This document shows positions 26,340 through 37,048 of a stretch of DNA of 64,000 bases, piece by piece. Under the pieces are notes generated by a model, which worked only from the letters and a program-made list of their open reading frames with translations, searched no databases and was not told the origin of the DNA. This stretch comes from Mobula hypostoma (lineage: Eukaryota). The position numbers were made by a program, and so were the translations under genes. The stretch spans positions 113,896,001 through 113,960,000 of the forward strand of contig NC_086097.1 in NCBI RefSeq assembly GCF_963921235.1. Reading direction: 5' to 3'. The first letter of the stretch is position 1. Every line of letters starts with the position of its first letter.

Positions 26340-26654
26340 AACTGCCCTCCTCTTCCTTGCCCTACCCTTCTGAGCTACAGGGCCAGACTTTTATCCTCAT
26401 TAGTACTCAGCCACTAACTAAATTCTAGAAAAAAACACATATTATGCAGCTAACTCAATGAAATTTCAATCACGGGTGATCAGAATTCCTTGAAATCTGA
26501 AAACTGATAACATTTTTTTTAAAGGTTTGCAATGGTATTGCAATTGCTTTCAGTATCGGAGTTCGAAGAAGATCAGAATGATTGAAGTAGTCACTCAGGT
26601 GAAATGAAATGCTATTGTTTATTCCTTGTCAGTGTACTGCATGTACAGGAGTCC

Positions 26655-27030
26655 TGGTTGAGTCTTCTTCAAGGATTATTACTTTGTCATGGTGGAGAGG
26701 TTTCTGAGTTCCTGGGATCCCAAGGGCGTTACGATCTGGAGTTTAGCTCCTGTAGGGTCACCCATGGTGGTAAGGTCAAGGGAGAGGTTCCAGACAGAGT
26801 GATCCAACCAAGACCTCAACAGTAGAGCTGGTGGAAGGTGATGATTCATCACAACGACAGTGAACAACGGTGAAGGCAGAGGAAGGCTGCAGCAGTAAAG
26901 GGTCTGCAGTTGTTTTGCATTCCACGCCACTTGACTCTGACGCCAATCTATCAAGGACTTTGGGGTGGCTGCCTGTACAGCAGCCTCTCCATGTTAAACA
27001 AAGTCATGCATAGGTGAGGGAATACACCCT
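26655..27030 (+). mobile_element. RTE-clade (BovB/Rex3-like) 5' UTR-derived element
   Basis: TTGTCATGGTGGAGAGG...GTAGGGTCACCCATGGTGGTAAGGTCAAGGGAGAGGTTCCAGAC resembles RTE 5' heads as I recall them; no ORF. Confidence 0.45.
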
Positions 27031-27099
27031 AACATCCTGGATATGTGGATCCCGGATCGGCCTCTACAGTCACCTGAGGACCCACCCCACACTCAGTGT

Positions 27100-27735
27100 C
27101 AGCAAGACCAAGAAATTGATTGCGGACTTCAGGAAGGGGAAGTCACCAAGTCTCATCTGAATGCTCAGTGGTGGAAATATTGAGAAAATCCCAGTTCCTA
27201 GTGTCAACGTTTTGGAGGATCCATCCTGGGTCCAACACATTGGTGTAACCTCGAAGGCGGCACGCTAGTGAATCTTTTTCACTAGGGCTTTGGCAAGAAT
27301 TGGGATGTCGCCAAAAGCTCTTATAAATTTTGCATATGTACAGTGGAGAGCAATCTAACTGATTGCAAGTGTCTGCAGAGGGTCCTTCGGTACAATCTAC
27401 CCCACCATCGAGAACATCTTCAAGAGTCGGTGACTCAAGGCGGCTCCATCCATCACTATGGACCTTCACCATCCTGGACATGCCATCTTCTTGTTACTGC
27501 CATCGGGGGAGGAAGTACAGGTGCCTGAAGACACATACTCAATGATTCAGAAACAGCTTCTTCCTCTCCGCTGACAAATTTCGGAATGGTCCATGAACTC
27601 ATGAAAACAATCCCATTATTTCCTTTCCTTTGGCTCTACCTATTTATTTATTTATGTAACTTATTCTCTACACTGCTGCTACAAAACAGCACATTTCACA
27701 TCATAGGAGATAATGGAAAGAAACCTGATTCTGAG
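27100..27735 (+). mobile_element. Rex1/Babar 3' fragment
   Basis: KTKKLIADFRK, VESNLTDC, AAPSITMD; AAACCTGATTCTGA tail. Confidence 0.7.
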
Positions 27736-29072
27736 TGCACCCTAGGATTGTGAATGATGGGGACGTTAGTGGTGTGCAGAGAATCAGAGTCAGGTTTAGT
27801 ATCGCTGACAGGTGGCGTGACAATTTCTTGTTTAGCAGCAGCAATGGAGCGGATAGTATCAAGGGTAACGGGGAGGAGGCAAGAGAAAGAGGGTGAGAGG
27901 GTTAATAATCAGCTCTGATGGAATGGAGGAGCAGACACAGTGCTTTGAATGGCTTAGTTCCGCTCCCGTGTCCTGGTTTTACAGTCTAACTTGATGCACC
28001 CTGAATGACCCATTATGGAAAAGGAGAAAACTGTGGCCAGGATGACAGGCGTCTTTGAGCAAAAATCTGTAATCTGACTAAAAATGATTATTATATCAGA
28101 GGAATGAATTGGAAATGATAGAGGTTTGGCATTAATAGAGGCATTAAATGTCTTAGATTTACAGCTAATTGCACTCAATCAGGTGTTCATAGACTCATGC
28201 CAAGTTTTTACAAAATTCCTGTATGTTTTACAAAAATGGAAGTTTTAAATCATTTAAAATTTATTGACTTAGTTCTTTCTTAACATTGAGAAACAGTGGA
28301 CAGTTAGATGAACATGACCATTTAAATGCAAATGTGGTACTCAGGTAAATTCTAGATTTCAATATTTGAATGGATATTCTTAAATATAAAGAGATATTCT
28401 ACACACAAAAGATTGTGCAGATGCTGGAAATCCAGAGTAACACAGACAATATGATATAGGAACTCAGCATAAGACCACAAGACCATAAGACACAGGAGAA
28501 GAATTAGGCCATTCAGCCCATCGAGTCTGCTCCGCCATTCCATCAAGGCTGATCCTGGACCCCACTCAAGCCCATACACCTGCCGTCTCACTATATCCTT
28601 TGATGTCCCAGCCAGTCAGGAAACTATCAACTTCTGTCTTTAATATACCCATAGACTTGGCCTCCACTGTAGTCTGTGGCAAAGCATTCCACAGATTTAC
28701 TATACTCTGGCTAAAAAAATTCCTCCTTACCACTGTTCTAAAGGATCACCCCTCAATTCTGAGGCTGTGCCCTCTAGTTCTGGATACCCCCACCATAGGA
28801 AACATCCTCTACACATTGACCATATCTCTTCCTTTCAACATTCGGTAGGTTTCAATGAGATCCCCCGCATTCTTCTAAATTCCAGAAGGGAAACATCTAA
28901 AGCTGCCAAACACTCTTCATACGTTAACACCTTAATTCCTGGAATCACCTTCGTGAACCTCCTCTGGACTCTCTCCAATGACAATACATCCTTTCTGAGA
29001 TATGTGGCCCAAAACTGTTGACAATAAGTGTGGCTTGACAAGTGTCTTATAAAGGCTCAGCATTATTTCCTT

Positions 29073-29243
29073 CAACACACATCAAAGTTGCTGGTGAACG
29101 CAGCAGGACTAACCTGACGAAGGGTCTCGGACTGAAACGTCGACTGCACCTCTTCCTACAGATGCTGCCTGGCCTGCTGTGTTCACCAGCAACTTTGATG
29201 TGTGTTGCTTGAATTTCCAGCATCTGCAGAATTCCTGTTGTTT
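29073..29243 (+). mobile_element. Short PLE-derived insertion with inverted termini and a 12-13 bp TSD
   Basis: GCATTATTTCCTT at 29060-29072 and 29244-29256. CAACACACATCAAAGTTGCTGGTGAAC is inverted against GTTCACCAGCAACTTTGATGTGTGTTG. Confidence 0.85.
29113..29146 (+). ncRNA. Minimal type-I hammerhead ribozyme core (PLE terminus)
   Basis: CTGACGA (29114-29120)-AGGGTCTCGGACT-GAAA-C-GTC-GACTG. The core, ACGU palindrome and GUC triplet are intact; the 5' strand of stem I is lost at the inversion junction. Confidence 0.7.
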
Positions 29244-30429
29244 GCATTATTTCCTTGCTTTTTTATTGTATTCTCCTTGAAATAAATGCCAACATTGCAT
29301 TTGCCTTCTTTACCACAGATTCAACCTGTAAAATAACCTTCTAGGAGTTTTGTACAAGGACTCCCAAGTTCCTCTGCATCTCTGATGTTTGAACCTTCTC
29401 CCTGTTTAGATAATAGTCCACATTATTGTTTCTTTTACTAAAATGCATTACCAACACTGTATTCCAGCTGCCACTTTTTTGGCCATTCTTCCAAGTTGTC
29501 GAAATCCTGCTGCAATCGCATTGCTTCCTCAGCACTACCTACCCCTCAGGCTTTACCCCGTCCCTGTGACTGGGTATAGCCGCAAGGCAATGGAAGTGTG
29601 ATATCAGAGTTTTCCTTCTCCGAGGTGCGCTGCCAACCACAGCTGACAAGCTCCATCTGCCAGAAGTGACTGGTTTTAAGGTGCCACTAACTCACTTTTC
29701 CCCCTTCTCCTCTCAGCAGAAATGGTTCTGCCAGGGTTAATAGCTAAGCCACACGTGAAAGCCAGGAGCTGGACTTGGTTGTCAGAGGCTTTTTGAGGTG
29801 CTTGCCATTGGGAGTATTTAATAGGTATTTAAAGGTGTATTACAGACATAATATTTAGTGGATTCTGCATCTAGATGCACAACACAACAAAGGCAGAAAA
29901 TAGAGTCCAGATATTCCAAGATTCGGCTATTCCTCAGTGCCTAAGGTTCAGTCACTTCTCATGTTGTTTTTAAAGACCCGTGGAGATTTAACATTCCCTG
30001 TAGATGAAGGAAGAAAGCCTGTCAGTGACACCAAGAATAAATGGTTGAAGGTTGCTGTAGGTGTGACCAGGTGGAATGTGATTCCATTTAGTGCCATAAA
30101 TAATTTAATGATGTTATCAGTGAACTTCTAAGTATCCAACATCTGCAGATGAGGAGACCCTGGAGGAACTAGCATGATGGAAAATTAGGAGCTACAGCAA
30201 TATAATAATGACTTCTCCTCTGGGGAGACCACAAACCCTGTAACGCCACAGGGCTCATGACTACTGTGTGTTACCCATGATACTTGAACTTTAACGAGGC
30301 CTCAAAAGAAGATCATTTCCATTCTATGAGCCTTTACATTTCTCACACAGCCAAAGTGAGCAGGTGTAGATGGTAGACACAGGCAGGCTTGGAAAGTCCA
30401 ATTTAGAGAATGGACAATCTCCTTGACTA

Positions 30430-30695
30430 GGTTAGGCATGCACAAGCTGGCACCTCACTGTCTCCACCCAGTTAACAGGAGTCACCTGCCACTCATGTCT
30501 AACTCATCATCTGCAGCCTATTTCTACCCAGCTCTCACCCACCATCTTTGTTCCCACATCGAACCAGCAAGCCTCAGCAAGTTGCTCCTAGCCTTTAATT
30601 ACCTTGTTGCTCTATCACATTAAGCATCTGTTCTCTCCTTTATTGGTGGTGCCTTGTTATTTTGCAGTTCAATAGTAAAATATTGTTTACTGCTA
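30430..30695 (+). repeat. 5' LTR (3' part deleted together with the PBS and gag start)
   Basis: GGAGTCACCTGCCACTCAT...CTGCAGCCTATTT...AACCAGCAAGCCTCA is homologous to 35126-35433 and 61036-61364. Confidence 0.75.
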
Positions 30696-33344
30696 TGTCA
30701 TCTCTGCAACCTACGCCAGTCAACTTCCTCACTCGGAGCCCTGGATTATGGTGCCCAGTTCACCGGATCCCCAGCCCGATGCTGTAACTTCTTGTTTCAG
30801 TGTGTCTTACACGTTGAGCTTAAGCCATCTCCGTATCCTACAAACAAGCCAAAATTGCCTTTGTTATTTCTCTCCTGACTGGGCAAGTTCTGACCTGGGC
30901 CACTGCTAACTGAGTCAATAAGACCACCAACTGCAATAAATATGAGGAATTCACTGCAGAGATGTGGTGAATTTTTGACCATCCGGGAATTGGAAGGAAC
31001 ACATCCGATGCTCAGTGCTCGATTTTACCGTGAAGTTCAGGACCCTTTTGGTTGAGTCTGGCTGGAATCCAGAAGTGCTGCTGTCCCATTTTCATCACGG
31101 CTTCTCAGTGTGCTGAAAGATGAGCTGCCCACTTGATAGATGCCCACCGAACTCGAAAGCATTATCACTCTGGCCCTCTGAATTCAGAAGCGTATTATGG
31201 AACGACCCTGCAGATAATCAGCCAGAACCCCAGTTGCATTGCCAGAGACATTTCAGGCTGCAAGACCTTCATCAACACTCCAGGACTCATGCAGGTAGGC
31301 AGAGCTCACTTAACTACCAACCCCCCCCCCCCCACCAAGAGCATGAGCATTGGTGGAGAAACAGCTTGTGCATTTACTGCAGAGTGACCAATCATTCGTG
31401 CATTAATTGTGCACTGCGGTCTGGAAAATGGCACCACCAAGTAGAGACGAGGGGCCTTCTAAGTGGTAAGCTCCCCCTGGCCTCTCATTCCAGCACCATA
31501 GCCCAACTCACAGTCTCTGTCCTCCTACACACTCTGACAGTTCGATGCGCAGAGGAGGCTCTGGTGGATTTCAGTGCAACAGGCAACTTTCTGGTCCGGA
31601 CGCTGTGTGTGGAGCATCGAATTCCACCTGAACCTTCTCTCACCCCTTCTGCATCACAGCCATTGACAGACATTCCTTGGGGTCTGGGATGGTCAGAGTT
31701 CTCACACAACGCCTGTGTACATCAGCATTGGACAGCACCGTGAGTCCATCCAATTCCTCCTGATTGATTCACCCAACCCTCCATCGATCATGGGTTAATC
31801 TGGCTCTCCACTCATGACCCTCACTTCACCTGGTCGTCTGGTGACTGCTGAGTTGGGCACCCGCCTGCCGGCCCACCTGTCTGAAACCTTAGCTGACTTC
31901 ACCCCGTAAAACCAGAGAGATACAGTGAACCTTTGATCTCTCCAAGCATCCACAGGAATACCACGATTTGGCCATCGCCTTCAGTAAAATGGAAGCCAGC
32001 ACCCTGCAGCCTCACAGACCACACGGCTGTAGGATCAACTAACCCCAGGCAGAATCCCTCCCCTAGGTTATCTATTCTCCCTCTTCCCTCCTGAGACCCA
32101 AACCATGAATGACTTTGTCAAACAGAAAGACGGGGGTCTTCATCTCTGCATCAACTACTATGGACTCAACAAGATCACCATTAAGAACCGCTAACCACTT
32201 CACTTGATGGTTAGCTCATTTTTAACACTCCACCTCTGATCTGCATCCACCAGGGAGAAGTGTGGAAGACATAGCGTTCATAACACCCACTGGCCTCTAT
32301 GAACACTGGTGATGCCTTTTAGATTTTCCAATGGACCAGCCATTTTCCAAGCCTTTATTAATGAGGTCCTCCAAGACATACTACACAGGTATGTGTTCAT
32401 CTATCTTGGTGACATCCTCCTCTTTTTCAAGGACTCCCAAGACCACACCTGTTGCATCCGTTCAGTTCTTCAGCATCTCCTCAAGAAAAATCCGCTATTC
32501 TGAAAGTTAGAAAAATGCCAGTTCCACACCCCAGTCATTTCCTTTCTGGGTTATACTCTTCTACCCCAGGGTGCAACTATGGACCCAGTGAAATTGTGCG
32601 CAGTGATTCAATGGCCCCGACCATGCTCCCTCAAACAGCTACAGCACTTTTTGGGCTTTCCAATCTTCTAGCACCATTTCATCAGGAACTACAGCCAAAT
32701 CAGTGCTCCTCTCACCTCCCTCTCCAAATCACCTACCTCACAAGTTATCAGGTCTTCCACAGCGTACTACATTTTCAAGGAGCTCAAGATGCTCGCCCAC
32801 CATTCCCATTCAATAGCATCTGAACCCCTCCGGAGTTTTTGTGGTAAAGTTTGACACATCTGACATGGGCAGTGGGACCATCCTCTCCCACTGGATGGGA
32901 AGACAAAATCTTACAGTTCTTGCCCAAGTTCAACGCTGCATAGCACTCTACTGAGACCAGGAGCTACTTGTTCATAAATGGGTCTTGGAGGAATGAAGAC
33001 ATCGAGCCCTTCCTGGTCTGGACTGATCACCAGAACTTCATATTGATACAACAGACCCACCAACGCAAGTCAATCCAAGGCAGGGTCACAGGGCCCTCTT
33101 CTTCTTGCAATTCAACTTCGCCATCTCCTGTTGACCCAGCTCCAACAATACTAAGGCAGAGATGCCCTGTCACAAAAGTTCAATCCAGCTGAAATGAAGA
33201 TCGACCCTTAGCTCATCACTCTATCCTCGCAGATTCTCCCAGATTGTCAGGGACCTTGAGAACCAGATCCACCCGGCCCTTCAGCGTGAGCCTGCTCTGG
33301 CTGACACACCCGATGACTCCACGTTGCAGTGCACTCTGAGGCAT

Positions 33345-33922
33345 GCCAGCCAGCCCACTCCTAACCCTTCGCCAGCCAGCCCACTCCTACCCCTTCGCCA
33401 GCCATCCCACTCCTACCCCTTCTTCAGCCAGCCCACTCCTACCCCTTCTTCAGCCAGCCCACTCCTACCCCTTCTTCAGCCAGCCCACTCCTACCCCTTC
33501 GCCAGCCAGCCCACTCCTACCCCTTCGCCAGCCATCCCACTCCTACCCCTTCTCCAGCCAGCCCACTCCTACCCCTTCGCCAGTCAGCCCACCGCTACCC
33601 CTTCGCCAGCCAGCCCACTCCTACCCCTTCGCCAGCCAGCCCACTCCTACCCCTTCTTCAGCCAGCCCACTCCTACCCCTTCTTCAGCCAGCCCACTCCT
33701 ACCCCTTCGCCAGCCAGCCCACTCCTACCCCTTCGCCAGCCATCCCACTCCTACCCCTTCTCCAGCCAGCCCACTCCTACCCCTTCGCCAGTCAGCCCAC
33801 CGCTACCCCTTCGCCAGCCAGCCCACTCCTACCCCTTCTTCAGCCAGCCCACTCCTACCCCTTCGCCAGTCAGCCCACTCCTACCCCTTTGCCAGTCAGC
33901 CCACTCCTACCCCTTCTTCAGC
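33345..33922. repeat. 26-bp minisatellite, 22 units, with a higher-order 208-bp duplication
   Basis: Unit CAGCCCACTCCTACCCCTTC(GCC/TTC/TCC)AGC counted from 33351 to 33922. Confidence 0.97.
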
Positions 33923-34929
33923 CATCTAGGCACATGACTAACTCTGGATGCTGTTTCTGTTGGTCCACCATAACCACAGATACATGTCAGCTTGTCGCTG
34001 CCTGCCCTCAATGTGCCCAGTCCAATTCTTCCAACCAGTGACCCTCTAGGTTCTTGCAGCCTCTACTGGTCCCCCGATGCCCCCAGTCTCACATCACCAT
34101 GGATTTGCCACATTCAATGGGGCCATGGTGATCATGATAGTGCTGGACCGGTTCTCTAAGGCGGCCCAATTCATTGCCATCCCTAAACTTCCATCACCCA
34201 TTGAGATGGTGGACCTGGTACTTCGAGATGCTGTTTGCCTCCAAGACTCCCCCCATGATATTGTGTCAGACTAGGGCCCACGATCCATCTTTCACTTCTG
34301 TTGAGCCTCCTGCTCCCTCCTCCTCACCTCAGTGAGTTTGTCCTCTGGCTATAATCCGCAGACCAACAGTCAATCAGGAAAAGCCAGTCTGCAAGTGGGG
34401 GAGTTTCTGCGACGCTTTGCCGCCTCTAACCCTTCCACATGGAAGATGTCTCTGCCCTGGGCTGAACTGTCCCACAATGTACACCACTCCTCTGCCAAAG
34501 ATATGTCACCATTTGAAATGCTCCATAGTTACCAACCACCATTGTTCCCACCGAGGAGCCAACGGTGGAGATCCCATCTGCCAGGGCCCCAGTTTGCCTT
34601 TGCCAAAATGCTTGGAAGAGGTTATGGAGAGCCGTTCAAGCAGTTAAGCTTTCCTGCCACTGCCAGGCTAACCGCCATCGGTGCCCACCAGACTATTCCA
34701 GCCTGGGGACACGACATCTGTCCCAGAGCAACAACACCCACCAGCTCTTGCCCCGGTTCATTGATCCCTTCAAGGTCACCCACCACATCACCTCATTCAC
34801 TTAGGGTCCCCTGTTGCCACCATCCCTCAGGATCACACCTACCTTCACCATGTCTTGCCTCCAGCCCATTGTCCATGGACCACTCAACCCACCAGAGACT
34901 GTACCTCCCGACCTAGGATGGAGGGAGGT

Positions 34930-35105
34930 TTCCCAATATACACGGTTCACTGGTTGATGAATTCATATCATTGCGGACGGGGTGTGCAGTACCTGGTCGT
35001 CTGGGAAGGTCATGGCCCGGAGGAGAGGTCTTGGGTGATGTCCAGTTTCACCTTGGATTCATCGCTCATCGAGGAATTTCCCCAGACTCATCCAGATTGT
35101 CCTAG
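34930..35105 (+). pseudogene. Integrase C-terminal chromodomain of the Gypsy element
   Basis: YTVHWLMNSYHCGRGVQYLVVWEGHGPEERSWV...LIEEF. Confidence 0.85.
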
Positions 35106-35125
35106 CCGTCAGGCAGGAGGGGTCC

Positions 35126-35433
35126 TCTCAGGCCTGCCCTGGCAGGCACCTTCCAGTCTCCAGCCAGCTAATAGGAGTCGTCTGCCACTCATTTCCAACT
35201 CATCATCATTATCTGCAGCCTATTTATATACAGTTCTCATCCACAATCCTTGTTCACTCATCCAACCAGCGAGCCTCAATCTGTTACTACAATCCTCCCA
35301 ATTAACTATCAGTTCACTCTTATTTTGAGGCCCCTCGTAGCTTGTCATTTTGCCATTTATTAATAAAATATCATTTGCTGCTAAATTGTCTCCACTGCTC
35401 TACTCTAGGGTCAAGCCTCTGCGTTTTCTGACA
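35126..35433 (+). repeat. 3' LTR preceded by a polypurine tract
   Basis: PPT AGGCAGGAGGGG at 35111-35122; LTR runs T(C)TCA...TGACA and contains AATAAA. Confidence 0.85.
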
Positions 35434-36002
35434 CTGGAGCATAGGAGAAAAAGGGCAGATTTGATAGAAGTATACAAAATTGAGTGGTATAGGGAAGGTA
35501 AATGCAAGCAGTCCATTTCCACTGAGACTACAACTAGAAGTCATAGGTTAAAGGTGAAAGGTGCAATACTTGTGCTAATGAACAGTATACTTGGAATGAG
35601 CGATATCCTTACAGACTGTGCACATCATTTAGAGAGATCAGAAGAGACCTAATTAGGCATAATGCTTTGTTATTTCTTCATCCAAAGAATGATGACTTTT
35701 TGGTGCAAACTGATTGCAGTTGTTCAACAGCTCATGGAGAACTGCCAGCGGTTGTGAGAGAGGTGTAAGGACTGGGGACATGGAAGTGTAAATTTTAATC
35801 CACCCCAATGGATAAATATTTCCCCACATGGCCATTCATAACTCTCTTCAGTCATTATCCCACATGTTACCTCCAGTCTTGATTGTTGAGTCCTCCCTTG
35901 AATGGGAATCTTATACATACCCGATGTTCCTCTCGAAGCTTGGTAGTCCTTACGTGGAAAATATTACAACAAAGTTGTCAGGTAAGATCTTCCAGGGTTT
36001 AC

Positions 36003-36285
36003 ACTCACAAACATATGGAGGAACTCAGCAGATCAGGCAGAATCTATAGAGGGAAATAAACAATCGACATTTTGGGATGAGACCCTTTGTCAGGGTTACA
36101 TTGGAAAGGGGTAGAAGCCAGGGTCAGAGGGTGAATGGAGGGGAAGGAGTACATGCTGTAATCCTGTCAGATTCCTTCTTCAGCTCTACCTTGTCCACCT
36201 ATCACATCCAAGCTTCTCACTTCATTCCCACTTCACCACCCATCCACTTTCCCCTCACCTGGTTTCACCTATCAGCTGCCAGCGT
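36003..36285. mobile_element. PLE 3'-UTR/terminus fragment with an internal inversion
   Basis: A minus-strand terminus (decayed CCTGACAAAGGGTCTCATCCCAAAATGTCGATTG) is joined to plus-strand 3' UTR sequence from about 36160. Confidence 0.65.
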
Positions 36286-37048
36286 TGCTAGACTTCTGGT
36301 GCCCTTGTTCTTGCTGATAAAGATCATGTCCTTGAGATGTGCCATCAGAGTAGCCAACATCAGTAACTGCAGTAGATTTTGGTGATGGTACACACTGCAC
36401 CTACAGTCCGCCATTGGTAGAAGGAAAGAGCATTTGGAGTGACAAATGAGATGAATGGGATACCAATCACTGGACTGCTTTGGTCAGGGTGGTGTTGAAC
36501 CCCTTGACCATTGTATATGCCCTTATTCAGGCAACTGGAATATTCCAACACACTCTAGACTTGTGCCCTGTAGATGGCCGTCAGGCTCAGGTACGTCACG
36601 AGAGCTATCCAGGTTCTGACCTGCTCTGTTAATCACAATATTAATGTGGTAGTTCCAAATGAGTCTTCATTCAATGGCGATCTCCAGGATATTTGTCTTA
36701 ACCATGAACTGAACTCGTTACTTGCCACAGTAGCCCATGCCTGAATGAATTTTTAGCAACAGACATTGACTCAAAGGTTCAAAGGTCCAATGTAATGTCA
36801 GAGAAATGTATACAATATACATCCTGAAATGCTTTTTCTTCGCAAAATATCCACAAAAACAGAGAAGTGCTCCAAAGAATGAACGACAGTTAAATGTGAG
36901 AACCCCAAAGTCCCCCCCAGCTCCACCCTCCCGCGCGTAAGCGGCAGCGAGCAACGATACCTCCCCCACCCCGGCAAAAAAAAGCGCACCCGCTACCGAG
37001 CACAGGCGTGAGCAAGGCGATAGCAAAGACACAGACGTTGTAGTTAAA

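Larger units (their letters stand above)
22729..26387 (-). mobile_element. Young CR1 LINE truncated within ORF1, with probable TSD CTTTTA
   Basis: ORF1 esterase, ORF2 APE-RT and (TTTCTATG)n tail. CTTTTA at 22723-22728 and 26388-26393. Confidence 0.95.
28468..29548 (-). mobile_element. CR1 3' fragment, interrupted by a PLE-derived insert
   Basis: CQQFWATYLRKDVLSLERVQRRFTKVIPG; (TCTTATGG)-type tail at about 28468-28490. Confidence 0.85.
30430..35433 (+). mobile_element. Decayed Ty3/Gypsy LTR retrotransposon, sushi-type chromovirus
   Basis: Gag RCCNFLFQC...AKIAFVISLLTG; protease ALVDFSATGNF; RT MPFRFSNGPAIFQAFINEVL...VFIYLGDIL; RNase H VWTDHQN; integrase VLDRFSKAAQFI...IVSD and SSGYNPQTN; chromodomain; two LTRs. 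Confidence 0.92.

Noticed and set aside
33324..34041. Two long Pro/Ser-rich ORFs (201 and 232 aa), or a CRISPR-like array
   Set aside because: These are artefacts of a nearly stop-free 26-bp tandem unit. There are no unique spacers and the context is eukaryotic.
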